In this document: positions 55,201-64,000 of the stretch, piece by piece
Layout: every line of letters begins with the position of its first letter
Position numbering within the stretch: position 1 is the stretch's first letter
Assembly (NCBI GenBank): GCA_051294375.1
Contig: CM119263.1
Coordinates: 10,036,432-10,100,431, forward strand
DNA length: 64,000 nt
Direction: 5' to 3'
DNA from: Paraspadella gotoi
Lineage: Eukaryota; Animalia; Chaetognatha
Program-made: the position numbers and the translations under genes
Notes under the pieces: generated by a model
Told to the model about the DNA's origin: nothing
Database searches by the model: none
The model's input: the letters and a program-made list of their open reading frames with translations, nothing else

Positions 55201-57635
55201 GTCTTCGGCTCCGGTTCCAACGCCGAGATCCAACGCGCCTCGTCCTTTGCCGAGGAAAAGCTTGGAACCTGAGTTGGAGAAGAATAGTCGGGGGGGCGAA
55301 GCTGATGTTAGATCTCAAGTGAGTGGTCATCAAAGCATCTTAACTGAATTTATTAGTTAAGTTTCGTTTTATACTTATTAGCCAAAGTTCTTTGGCGATA
55401 ATGTGATTCTTTTGAACTCCGTTTACTGACGCAGTCTCCGCCGCGTCCGGCGTCGCTGGAGTTCGTTACGGAGGTCGTCGCTCCCAAAACTGACGTCGAA
55501 GTCGCTCATAGTCGTCTAGTCCATTGGCCACAGAGACAAACTAGTAATTGTTAGAATCAATTAATCAATAAAGTTTTTTCGGTTTTTCAAAATGTAATAC
55601 TTGAAGGTCAAAACGTCACCGAGGCCCAACCCTCCGATTTGGAGTCTTTCGAAGTTCTCCGCGTCGCGGAGCCGACGTCTCGACGTCTCCGCGAGTCTTT
55701 CGTCGATGACGTCAGCAGCGGCGCCGACACTCCTTCCGACGACCTCCATCGTCTCAGCGACCTCGATGGGCTCGACCAGTCGTTCCGTGCCGAGACTCCA
55801 GACGAGGGCTGGACTAAAGATTGGAAGGGTTTCTCCTGCACCGATTCGAACCCCAAATCGAGCCGGCGGAAAGAATCAATCGAGTCAAAGCGCTTCCGCC
55901 GAAAAGACTGGAAAGAGCCGGCGAAGCATTCGGCCAAAGAGCTCAACGTCGACTCATCAAAGAATCTCCGCGATGAAGATCTGAGGCTAATAGAATCTTT
56001 TCTGGAGACGAGTGTTGAAGATATCGGGGATCCTGAAGCCGCCCTCAAGGAGGTCCTAGAGGACGGGGCGAAGGCAGTAAGTTTTGTAATCATCACATAA
56101 ATAATTAATTACTATTACATCAATCAATTATTATTACATTAATCAATCAATTACTATTAGATCAATCAATTAATTACTATTACATCAATCAATGAATTAC
56201 TATTACATCAATCAATTACTATTACATCAATAATTCGTTATCGCATCAATCGTTTTTTTTCGGATTTTTTTATTAATTTTTTTTTTTCACGAAAATTGGA
56301 ATAAGAAACTTTGCAAGAACCAACAGCTAAAGTAGGATATTTTTGGGAGCCCTAGTGGAGAATCGTGGTTATTAAACTTTTCTAACTCCCTTACTCCGTT
56401 GTAGTTGACGAAAAAACTGGATGCCGATGATTCTCTCTCCATCGCCATCGACGAACTCGAACGCGCCGACGATCCGCGTTTCGCGTCGGTTCCCATAGAG
56501 TCGGCGCCACGAGAAGTACGTCCGCCCCCGGTCGGTGAAGAGACTAAAAAAAGCGGTGACGCAGATGACGAAACTGCCGACGCCGAAACTGGAGAGGAAA
56601 AGTCAAAATCGAAATCGAACAGAAACAAAAACGCGTTACCAAAGCGAAGCGCCAGCACGCAGTGGGCGCCGGAAGAAGCGGCTCGGTGTCGGGCACGGAG
56701 AAACGTTATCTCGGCGCCAGACGGGTCAGGATGCAGTGTCGCAAGGGCCAAATCGAAAAGTGGATATCAAAGCGGCGACGAGTCGAGGCACAAGAGGACG
56801 CCGAGCGGACAATCCGGTGAGAGGGTTATCGGGAAATGCATCTACGAAAGTCGCAGAGGTTCAACGCTTTAAACTTGCTGATTCTTGTATTGATTTGTTT
56901 TTATCGTTGCGAACAAAAAACTCTGAAATATACCTCTGAAATGTTTTTTTTTTCATCTTTATTTCTATGAATGCTAAAAACCATCTTCTCTTGTCAGGCA
57001 AGAGTGACGGGTCCTCTTGCGACACTCCGTATTCGCGACCCGCCAGTGTCCACGGTACCCACGGAAGTCACGCGGGGCCCCCATCCGTACCCCACCCTTC
57101 CCTACACCCTTCGATAGTCATGGACAATCAAGGCCAGTGCTACGGTCAGCCCCATGGAATATACGGCTACCCTTTCGAGACGCAACCGGCACAACCCGCT
57201 TACGATCCGACCACCGGTGCGTCAAAGATTTACAGCCTTTAATACTCTCATGATTCAATTTTATACTTTTTCTTTTTAGGGGCTGTTTATTATCCGGAGC
57301 ATGCGTCGATGTTTCAAACAGGTAATTCAGATAATTTCAGCCAGGAAGTATGGTAATTAAACTCGCAACTGTCTTCAGGCTGGTCATCCATCGCCCCTGC
57401 TCCCGTCACAATGGATCCATCTTCTTCCAGCTCCTCTTCCTCGTGCTACCCTTACCCGCCCAACCCTCGACAGTTTCCGCCCCACCATGATTATTACAAT
57501 CCCTCCGGCCACGTCCACCCATCCCAGCAAATGCCCACTCCATGCACAGACGCCTGTTGCTTTTATCAAACTCAGTTCGCCGCCCCACAGTTTTATGGGA
57601 ACGTCGACCAGGGCGGACAGGTTAGAGAGAGAGAG

Positions 57636-57692
<57 letters not shown>

Positions 57693-60216
57693 CATTTATG
57701 AGAAAATTGTGGCGATGTGTTCGCACCGCCTCTCGTCCACCATCCTTCCGCCAAATCCATTGGCTCAGAGGGGGAACACACCATCCCAGGCGTAGTGTTC
57801 CATCCACAGTCCTAATGACTTCCCTCTGCGTTAGCAAAGCGAGACCGTCCTAGGGTAACCGCGCCAGTGACTGGAGGCGTCACTGAGGGTCGGAAGCCCC
57901 CAAGGCCAACGGTGAGATGACCCATTCCGGTGGGCATCACGGGCAACCCGGCTGTTGCCATAAAATGTCATTTATTTTCACTCTCCTTATTTATCAAGTT
58001 CCCGGTCGGCCTTCCTTCTTCCGTCACTCGTCGCTCTCGGTCCCGCTCTCTGGATAAACGCGAATCACGCGCCAAGTCCGACATTTACTCCGACCGACCG
58101 ACCGACAACCGACCATTCGCGGCCGACAATCATCACAAATGCGGCGCCGCCCGACATTCGCACCCTCAGCCCGAAGAACGGCACGGCTTCGGCCCCACCG
58201 ACAAGTGTCGACATCACCATAACAACCACCACCACCACCATCGCGACGCAGGTTCAGACATAGGGATGAACCATTCGAGACCCACTAAGCAGAAACACCA
58301 CTACCATTACCCGGTGAGGAATACGATGGCGGCTTCGTTGATTAGCGGCCAACTTCGTTAGATACATAACTCCATATAATCAATTACTAATACCTTTCTT
58401 TCTCCTAGTTCCCCGCCAACGCTTCGGTTCCGATACGCGCAGCCGTAGAGTCGGCGGCGAGCGGCGCTGTTGACGCCGTTGGGGCGCAGATATCTCGGTC
58501 TCGGTCGCAGTCTGATGCTCGGTTGGCGAGAATTATTCCTCCCGACGTGGATGGGACCAGGTGGGGGATCTATTTCAGACAAGAATCGTGCCAAATTCGC
58601 TCATATTTATTTGTACTGCTTGGAGTTTCCAATGTTGCCGACACTTTCCTTCCTCCGTTTTAACCCTAGCAACGTTCAACTCTATGCGACGCTTGGTCGT
58701 GAGCAGCACCGCAATCGACGCCACCATCACCACCACTCGCATCACCATCACCACAACCACCCCGATTCGAGCGACGACAACGCGAGTCCTGCTGCGGCGA
58801 CCCGGGCACCCCGGCCGGCCTCGTGTCATCACGACGCCGGGGCCCTGGATATGGCCGACTATGCGGTACCGCCACGCCCACGTAGCGTCATCGGAACGGC
58901 GGATCCGGCGACAGACGCTCCGGTCGAAGCGGAGGCTAAAAAACAAATATGTGGCAGGTGGGAAAGAAATAGTGTCATTTAATTACGTATTCATTCAGTC
59001 AATTAACGTTGGTCATAAAAATTACCTCATTATCACTTTCTTTCATTTTTCCCACAGATCCGCCCACGACTCTTTCTCCCTCTCCCAATCCTCTCCCTTC
59101 ACCCACAGCCGATCCCCCGGCTCCCGTCCCCCTGCGCCCATCCGCACCGTCAGCCTCAAGCAGAATTGGACCGGCGCCGGGGAGACGGGCAAGACCGGTA
59201 ATCCATCTCGTTCGGAGCTTCCTGAGGCCATCGTCGACCCTCCGGCGCCCTCGGCTCAGGCGGCTTCCTCCTGCAGCGACGCCGAGTCACTCAGCGGCGC
59301 CTCAACCTCCTCGCCGACGACCACTTCCGGATTCGGAGACGTTGGTGGCGAAGGCGAAGGTGAGTCCTCGGAAAACAAGTCACTCCCAAAATTTGAATCT
59401 AGGGAGATGAAAAATTTCAGTTTCATCGACATGAGCAAAAAAAAAGAGAAATAAATATGAAACAATGATTCCCATTGAAAAAAAAGGAATGATTTCGGAG
59501 AAAAAGAAAGATAATAAAAACCAGATAAAACGAAAACATGCGTTGGTCGAGAATAAAAACGAGATTGACAAAAATATATATTATATTATATTATATATAT
59601 ATATTATATATATATATATATATTAAATTATATTGCCACAATATAAGGATTGAAACAAAGATCAATTTTTTACCTTTAGGCGTCCAGCTTCGGAAAAACA
59701 TCTCTCGGCCCCCGTCGACTCGATCTAAAACGGAGGCGTCCTCGAAGGCCTTCGTCCAAAATTCCAAGCTGATTGAGACGCGGCAGAGGCAATCGGTCGA
59801 GGCAGAAGTAAAAGGTCGCTGCAAGGACGCGGGCTTGGGTCGGTGTTGTATTTTAATTTTTAATAGCAGTGATTTTTGTTTAAGCAGAGAGGCTTGTTTG
59901 AATCCTTGATTCCTTAAATTCTTTTTTCATTTCACCAGGTCTCCACTGGAATCCTTCCTTCACTGATGGCGGCGTCGGCGGCATCTACTGCTTGATCTCC
60001 CGTCCGCCGGCGAGCGACGAGCGAGCAGACGCCATTCAGCAGCTGGCGTCGTCACCGCCGCGTATCCATCGCCACCACGGAAACATTGCCACTGGGGAGG
60101 CCGCGCGGGACGAGGCGCAATCTCCGTCTGTCAAGGAACTGATGAGCCGGTTTGAGCGAGGCCGTCGGAAGGCTGATGCCGAGGCCGAGGCAGATGGAGG
60201 GAGTCTTGGCCGATGA
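19182..60216 (+). CDS. ARHGAP32: Rho GTPase-activating protein of the ARHGAP32/33 (RICS/TCGAP, insect CdGAPr) family: PX, SH3, RhoGAP, long disordered C-terminus; start codon not fixed
   Basis: Spliced translation gives family motifs RFPKLEECAHFHY, WIIKRTYEQF..LHLCIYDRRFS, INCGPILNWLELDNRGN, ERVFGCDLGE, DGVYRLSG, KMYFRELPNPLLTYQLY, NLAIVWAPNLLRSK, RPKSLAVSTPTRLLSLEEAR, GWRSLF, LRSVKSAESL; ends SVKELMSRFE...GR*. Symbol marks the family, not one-to-one orthology. Confidence 0.92.
19545..21422 (+). CDS. RhoGAP gene exons encoding the PX region (19545-19619, 20883/20886-20953, 21027-21183, 21251-21422)
   Basis: GT-AG boundaries with consistent phases; PX motifs as above. Confidence 0.88.
19791..20404 (+). 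mobile_element. Non-autonomous DNA element Y (related to X); second copy 30134-30730, partial 43905-44130
   Basis: High similarity between copies; 8-bp TSDs with one mismatch (tccaacag/cccaacag; ggttacag/agttacag); subterminal TAGCCG/CGGCTA. Confidence 0.8.
20488..20741 (-). mobile_element. Solo LTR family F2 (diverged)
   Basis: Reverse complement of 57708-57962; flanks atgt/atct. Confidence 0.8.
21497..22823 (+). CDS. RhoGAP gene exons encoding SH3 and linker (21497-21607, 21683-21829, 22379-22611, 22691-22823)
   Basis: AAAHVIKSYAPQAPDELRLEVGDIVSVIDMPPAEDTTWWRGKKGFGVGFFPSEHV. Confidence 0.92.
22128..22360 (-). mobile_element. Solo LTR-like element family F3 with tRNA-Gly-like segment and twister-like core (22166-22242)
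   Basis: Sense starts TGTGGCAA; P5 TGCGAGT/ACTAGCA, T1 CGGG/TCCG, T2 AC/GT, P3 CTGTAG/CTACAG, palindromic GACGTT. No clean TSD. Confidence 0.65.
22931..23100 (+). mobile_element. Helentron-associated (HINE/DINE-1-like) element 5' end
   Basis: T-run, then ATCGAGCCT..ccggcgaagccgg..AGGCTCGAT subterminal inverted repeat and a (CGT)n tract. Confidence 0.65.
23930..24220. repeat. Minisatellite, ~21-22 bp unit (atcatcgcatcaatcatttggtt); related array at 56100-56250
   Basis: About 13 imperfect tandem units. Confidence 0.85.
24250..25066. mobile_element. TTAA-flanked MITE (Kolobok-like); deleted derivative 25294-25423; partial copy 33250-34150
   Basis: TIR gagaaaggtcattca/tgaatgaccctttttc with TTAA on both sides. 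Confidence 0.75.
25106..34458 (+). CDS. RhoGAP domain exons (25106-25259, 25467-25630, 29228-29379, 29451-29527, 29756-29817, 34359-34458)
   Basis: Arginine-finger motif GVYRLSG intact; last listed exon has an apparent +1 indel near 34369. Confidence 0.88.
25689..25895 (-). mobile_element. Solo LTR family F1 (internal deletion of P4)
   Basis: Aligns end to end with 39824-40057; flanks ttaa/ataa. Confidence 0.85.
28999..29215 (-). mobile_element. Family F6 element, diverged
   Basis: Homologous to 17888-18131; flanks actt/tctt. Confidence 0.7.
29620..29713. repeat. (CTTT)n microsatellite; another at 49553-49622. (CT/AG)n tracts at 23855, 36655, 52232, 57624
   Basis: Direct reading. Confidence 0.95.
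31076..31360 (-). mobile_element. LTR (31360-31111) followed by a 32-nt tRNA-Leu-complementary PBS (31107-31076)
   Basis: Minus strand has CCAAT-like boxes, TATAAATA, AATAAA and ends ...CCTTCA, then TGGTGGCAGCGGTAGGATTTGAAGCCACGCCC. Confidence 0.75.
32068..32677. mobile_element. hAT-like MITE Z (TIR TAAGGCGTAGT, 8-bp TSD TTAGGCAA)
   Basis: TSD 32060-32067/32678-32685. Confidence 0.88.
33331..33935. mobile_element. hAT-like MITE Z (8-bp TSD ATCACCAG); partial copies 39183-39605 and 40418-40892
   Basis: TSD 33323-33330/33936-33943; nested in the TTAA-MITE remnant. Confidence 0.88.
34885..35200 (+). mobile_element. DINE-1/HINE-like element with GTCC microsatellite; related copies 46430-47142 (-), 48900-49150 (+), 49700-50082 (-)
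   Basis: ttttagtcggatctgcttatcagca terminus and (GTCC/GTCT)n core shared among copies. Confidence 0.6.
36281..36985 (+). mobile_element. Penelope-like 3' region/pseudo-LTR with a core-deleted hammerhead (36896-36936)
   Basis: Matches 11425-11630; ggcgCTGA-aggctt..aagccGAAAtatgTAcgtc followed by AATAAA. Confidence 0.7.
37719..37762 (-). ncRNA. Minimal type I hammerhead ribozyme in a PLE pseudo-LTR (37681-38040)
   Basis: aacg-CTGATGA-a-ggcttgt aaaa acaagtc-GAAA-catg-TC-tgtt; stem I 4 bp, stem II 7 bp, palindromic stem III ACATGT. Confidence 0.85.
39875..39950 (-). ncRNA. Twister ribozyme-like motif (type P5) in the F1 LTR
   Basis: P5 AGCAGT/ACTGCT, GA, T1, GGCGCT, TAA-CCC-GC, P3 CTGTAACA/TGTTACAG, P4 CCTGA/TCAGG. 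Family consensus loop TCCG-AAG-C; this copy reads ATG. Confidence 0.7.
39953..40024 (-). other. 72-nt tRNA-Gly(CCC)-like segment inside the LTR (Pol III promoter candidate, not a functional tRNA)
   Basis: Acceptor stem GCGGCCA/TGGCCGC, A-box-like TGGTGCCGGAGG, TTCGCCTCCCA, B-box-like GGTTCTAGCC. Confidence 0.75.
41557..42197 (-). mobile_element. Complete TRIM family F1: LTRs 42197-41979 and 41790-41557, PBS 41977-41965, PPT 41804-41791
   Basis: 4-bp TSD ATAT (41553-41556/42198-42201); non-coding 188-bp interior. Confidence 0.92.
42221..43141 (-). pseudogene. Decayed intronless ORF (~300 codons) of unknown family nested antisense in the RhoGAP intron
   Basis: Protein-like segments joined by at least three frameshifts and one stop. 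Confidence 0.45.
43306..43516 (-). mobile_element. Solo LTR family F2 (truncated) with twister-like core 43357-43436
   Basis: Reverse complement of 57740-57962; P5 TGTTGGC/GCCAACA. Confidence 0.8.
44235..44274 (-). ncRNA. Minimal type I hammerhead ribozyme in a PLE pseudo-LTR remnant (44190-44430)
   Basis: gcg-CTGATGA-a-ggctc gtactgt gagcc-GAAA-catg-TC-tgc. Confidence 0.85.
47153..47343 (-). mobile_element. Solo LTR family F5 with twister-like core 47206-47265
   Basis: 4-bp TSD TGAA; termini TGTGGCG...GACATA; P5 GCTGGT/ACCAGC, P2 ACAC/GTGT, GA, T1 TGG/CCA; no P3; loop 4 mutated. Confidence 0.75.
47653..50819 (+). CDS. RhoGAP gene post-GAP exons (47653-47864, 48101-48153, 50141-50335, 50431-50499, 50655-50819)
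   Basis: Phase-compatible chain carrying RPKSLA, LLSLEEAR, FHTII, GWRSLF, LRSVKS motifs. Confidence 0.75.
49340..49545. repeat. ~18-bp tandem array (aaattatgccagttgac); related-looking array 46185-46395
   Basis: About 10 imperfect units. Confidence 0.75.
54099..54300 (+). mobile_element. Solo LTR family F2 with internal deletions
   Basis: 4-bp TSD AACT; TGTGGCG...TTGCCATA. Confidence 0.88.
54560..54618. repeat. 12-bp tandem (atactgtatagt) x5
   Basis: Direct reading; explains the VYCI repeat in ORF 54426. Confidence 0.9.
57708..57962 (+). mobile_element. Solo LTR family F2 (most intact, 255 bp)
   Basis: 4-bp TSD AAAT; TGTGGCGA...TTGCCATA; A-box TGGCTCAGAGGG at 57761; B-box-like GTTCCATCC. 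Confidence 0.9.
57829..57911 (+). ncRNA. Twister ribozyme-like motif (type P5); predicted cleavage U57856^A57857
   Basis: P5 CGTT(A/G)GC/GCCAACG; P2 CGC/GCG; GA; T1 CCG/CGG; palindromic CCTAGG; TAA; T2 GC/GC; P3 CAGTGAC/GTCACTG; P4 GGG/CCC with loop TCGG-AAG-C. Confidence 0.8.
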
Positions 60217-62405
60217 GGCGAAACCGATGACTTCTCTCTTCTCTCATTTGGATTCTTTTCTTTCAATATTTTTTTCCCTTTTATTGGTAATTTGACGGTC
60301 GCGGCTTTTCTTTCATTATGATTATTTTGTTAATTTTTTGATATAATCGTTTTAGTTTCTCTCTTTCTCTCTCTCTCCTCTCTCTCTCCTCTCTCTCTTC
60401 TCTCTCCCTCATCTCTTTTTGGCCCATATTGGCTTCGAGATTTCGTTTTCGCTTGTCGTAGTCGTACTAGTCGTAATCGCGAAGCGACGAAATATCAAAC
60501 GGTGTCGAAAAGTAACTTCATTGACGATTATTCCTGAAGTGCTCAATATCGTCAGTCTTTTACCTTGTGCTCGGTAGTTAGTTTTTCTGTGGTTTCAGGT
60601 TATAATTGTTTGGTCTATACAAACGTTTCTTTTGTCGAAAGTTACGATCTATTGTTTAACCGTCAACTACTCTTGCCATATAAACAGTCTGTGATGTTCC
60701 GAGGTTTCGTATCAGAGTACTGATAGCTTTTGTGCAGCCGTATTAATATATTGCAGCATTAGAATAGCTCGGTTTAAAAATTGTTCGGAGTCTTTACGTT
60801 GAGAGGGCGAGAGATGCGTGTGACATCAGTCAACTTTCTAGAAGCTATCTGTTGTAACGAAATGTTTTTAATTTGTTTTTTCTTTGTCAAAACTCCAGCT
60901 GAAATTTTTTTCTTAGCTTAGCTTTAGTTTTTTAGGGCAAAGAAAAAATTAACTTTTCATATCTATTTATTTTTTAAAAACGTAAGATTAAAACAGATTA
61001 TCCAAACATTCCAGGAAAGGGTTATGATAACAGCTCTTTCTCTAAAATTGCCAACTTTAACACTTTTTTGTCATTAAATATTTCTACTTTATGAGCTTTA
61101 AACTTTACTCAAAATCTGGCGGTTACCTTCTCATGACTCTAATTTTAGATTAGATTCCCGAATTGCATTTACAAAAAAATCTCCGTCGCTTTGTTCCTCC
61201 TTTTAAATGCAGGAATTCGCTTTCCCTCATCTAAGTTTTTTCTTTCCCACTCTTCCTTCGCAAGATTATTTAGGCATGCGCGTAACAACCTCGCCCCTTC
61301 CTCAATCCTCAATCCTCATGTATCTATTTGCTTTAAAATTCTCTCTTTTTTTCAAGTTAAAATTTAGACCAAACGTCACTTAATCATCTTTTGATTTAAA
61401 TTAGCTCACGCAACAGTGCAATGTAGTTGAGTAGCATGTAGTTAGTTTCCGAAAGAGTCGTAGTTTGCCAAAGCGTTTGGGTCTTTTCATTCGTTTTTTT
61501 TTTCTTTTTTGTGATATATTCACCACAAATTATTCAATTTATTTTGCGCACTTTTTTATTTTGTAAGATTTCTATCTGGTAATTATTATTATTGATAATT
61601 ATTGTATTGCTTCACCAATTTGATAGAATTATACTCATTTACAACAAAGAACACTGTTTGATAATTTCGAATTCATCGACTACATTTGATAGTTCCTCTA
61701 AGTTTTATATTTTGCAGTCATTTTTTAAAAAAATACTGATTGTTTTGAATTTGAATTAATTCATAGAAATTAATTCATTTCCTTTTCGTGGCATCACATT
61801 TGATTTTATTTTTAAATTCCGGATTCGTAAGTTAATATTTCTGATCCCTCACCCCCGAAAGCGATTGAAAAAAAAAAATTTTGACCGAAGATCACTTGAT
61901 CAGTATCACCCGGTGCTGTCACACACAGACTAGATTTCTGAAGTCTTTAAATTGGCACTTTGAAAGAAAATGACACAGGAAATATCGTCACTCTTTTCAT
62001 GAATAATTATTGTATCGTATGTATAATATCTACATAGCAAGTATGATGAATTGTTATTTATATAAAAAAAAAGGTACGTCAAACCAGATTCAATAGTCAT
62101 TTGCGAAAAAGTAAATCGCAGGAGCGAGCATCAAGTTCAAGAATGGTCCTTTTGATAAAAATGAGCGCTTGCGTGAAGAATCGAGATTAGATTGAGTGCT
62201 AAAGCGACAGCTCGTGATCCGATGAAAAGAGACTTTGTTTAGTTGTTCAAAATAAAAACGCCATTATTAATGAAAAAGAACAAACAACCCGCACAAAAGC
62301 CGCGAAAATTGATTATAAAACTTGGCGTGGTGATCGTAATTTAAACTCGACTGAAAAATTCGAAAATGATCCGCGAAACTACAACGATCGTCCTTTTAGT
62401 TTTAG

Positions 62406-64000
62406 CGACCGCGGATGGGATCTTCGGTTGGAGTCAGTGCGGCATTCGTGGCTCGCAGAATCGGGTCGCCGGCGGGCGGGAGGCAGGCATCGGCGAGTGG
62501 CCCTGGCAGGTGAGCCAAGTTTGTTAACGTCAATGGCAGTTGTTTTAATGTCAAAAAGAAGACGGTCCAAACCCAACATAATGATACTTGCTTCGTAACT
62601 GATAACCGTATAGGAGAAAGATCGGTTCATCCGCAATGATTTTATTTTTACGTGTATTTCTCGTGAATTGACATGACGTGACATGATATGGACATGACGA
62701 CATTACCTTTCTTATCATGTGCATCGGAATGGCGTATTTTATTCTTTTCCTGAAGCGACGCCAGCAGTCCCTTTGATTTGAGTTTTTCTGTCTTAACAAA
62801 TGAGCAACTAACTTTTGGCAATTTATGTGCATTTTTAACGTAAGTGGGACAGATCGACAGACCGGCCGAAAAGTTACTTAAAATAGTTAAATAGAGTTTC
62901 TCAGCAATTAAAAACAAACAAAGAAAAAAGAATAGTTTGATTTCAGATTCAATTGAGATACTTCCGTCCCGACGGTTCCGGTTCAAACAACTGTGGTGGC
63001 AGCATCCTCAACGATCGATGGATTCTCACTGCCGGTCATTGCATGATGCACAGGTAAACGCGAAATGATTATGTGGATGAGGCGCTAAGTGGGCTGCACT
63101 GTAAGCAATGGAATGGGTCCAGGACTTGGAACCAGTGCGACCCATTATTTGATAAATTTGAATAAAGACACTATAAGTATTAGATCAATAAATTTGAAAA
63201 CTAAAATGACAATTTTTTTCCCACTTTTTCAATCTGACTTTCATTTTTTGCCTCATATGTTGCGGCAAAGAATAAGGAAGACATTTTTAGTTAGTTAATT
63301 ATTTTTAAACCATTTAGATTACAGCCTTTACCCTCGAGGTGTAGGGTAGACACTAGACAGTATGTTCATGAAGCCCAGACCTTTGGATGTGGAAGCCGGT
63401 CCAGGCCTACAGGCGGGTTACCCGGTCCATGCCACTTTCTACATGACAACCTCAGGGCTCGAACCAGGGACGTCTATTAGGATGGTGCATTAGTCTACTG
63501 AGCCACTTAGGCGCTGCGCAGGAAACAGCTTTAATCCATCTGTGGTGATAGGACCACCATACCGTAACCTATTTTTAAAAATATAGATTCTCAGTGAGCA
63601 GGGTAAATTTTTATGATTTTTTTTAAAAAATGGTTATTTTCTGTTGTTGGTAATACTTTCATACCCTTATGTCTAGTATTGAATAGAATAAAGTCATATG
63701 AATGTATGAAGACAAAGGAGACAAATTGGAATGGTAAGAGCATAAAAAGTAAGTAAAGAAAAAGAGATCAAAGGGGAAAAAATGCTCCCCGATTATTCGG
63801 AATTTATTTATTTTTCAAACTAAACAATCGACAGTAAAAACGTCCGCGATTACGTGGTATACGTCGGGCAACACAACGTCAATCGACCGGGAACTTACAC
63901 GAAAAAGTTGCGGGTGGAGCGTCTCGTCCAGCATCCCCGATACACCTACGGAGTTGCGCCGTACGACATCGCGCTGGTTAAAGTGGCGTCGCCGATAGAT
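62406..64000 (+). CDS. Trypsin-family (S1A) serine protease, partial; exons 62406-62509, 62947-63053, 63835->64000
   Basis: CGIRGSQNR|[32 protein letters not shown] (catalytic His), YDIALVK (catalytic Asp). Catalytic Ser lies beyond the window; first exon not identified. Confidence 0.93.
63314..63561 (-). mobile_element. Solo LTR family F4 with tRNA-like segment and degenerate twister-like core 63366-63446
   Basis: Sense starts TATGGTGG hairpin; A box TGGCTCAGTAG, B box GGTTCGAGCCC; T1 TGGA/TCCA; TAACCCGCCTGTAG; flanks ccat/ccgt. Confidence 0.75.

Noticed and set aside
50161-60266. Many overlapping or antisense ORFs in the track
   Set aside because: Shadows of GC-rich RhoGAP exons or of microsatellites (FFLS, LSLS, ERER runs).

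Overview
AT-rich metazoan genomic DNA with spliceosomal introns and CpG-rich exons. Genes: (i) two orphan multi-exon genes on the minus strand (1810-3375, 3905-5514) with small ORFs between them; (ii) a large plus-strand PX-SH3-RhoGAP gene of the ARHGAP32/33 (CdGAPr) type, coding exons from 19182 or earlier to 60216; (iii) the 5' part of a trypsin-family serine protease from 62406 to the window end. Introns and intergenic DNA are packed with non-autonomous mobile elements. The main finding is that at least six short, mutually diverged LTR-like families each carry a circularly permuted (type-P5) twister-ribozyme-like fold with covarying stems and, in most, a palindromic P1. Most also carry a tRNA-like Pol III promoter just upstream. 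Two copies are complete miniature LTR retroelements (LTR-PBS-internal-PPT-LTR, 4-bp TSD). This suggests a 'twister retrozyme' that could self-cleave in both LTRs to a ~415-nt circularisable RNA. Penelope-like element remnants with minimal type I hammerheads are also present. All structures were folded by eye; no activity, expression or database match has been tested.
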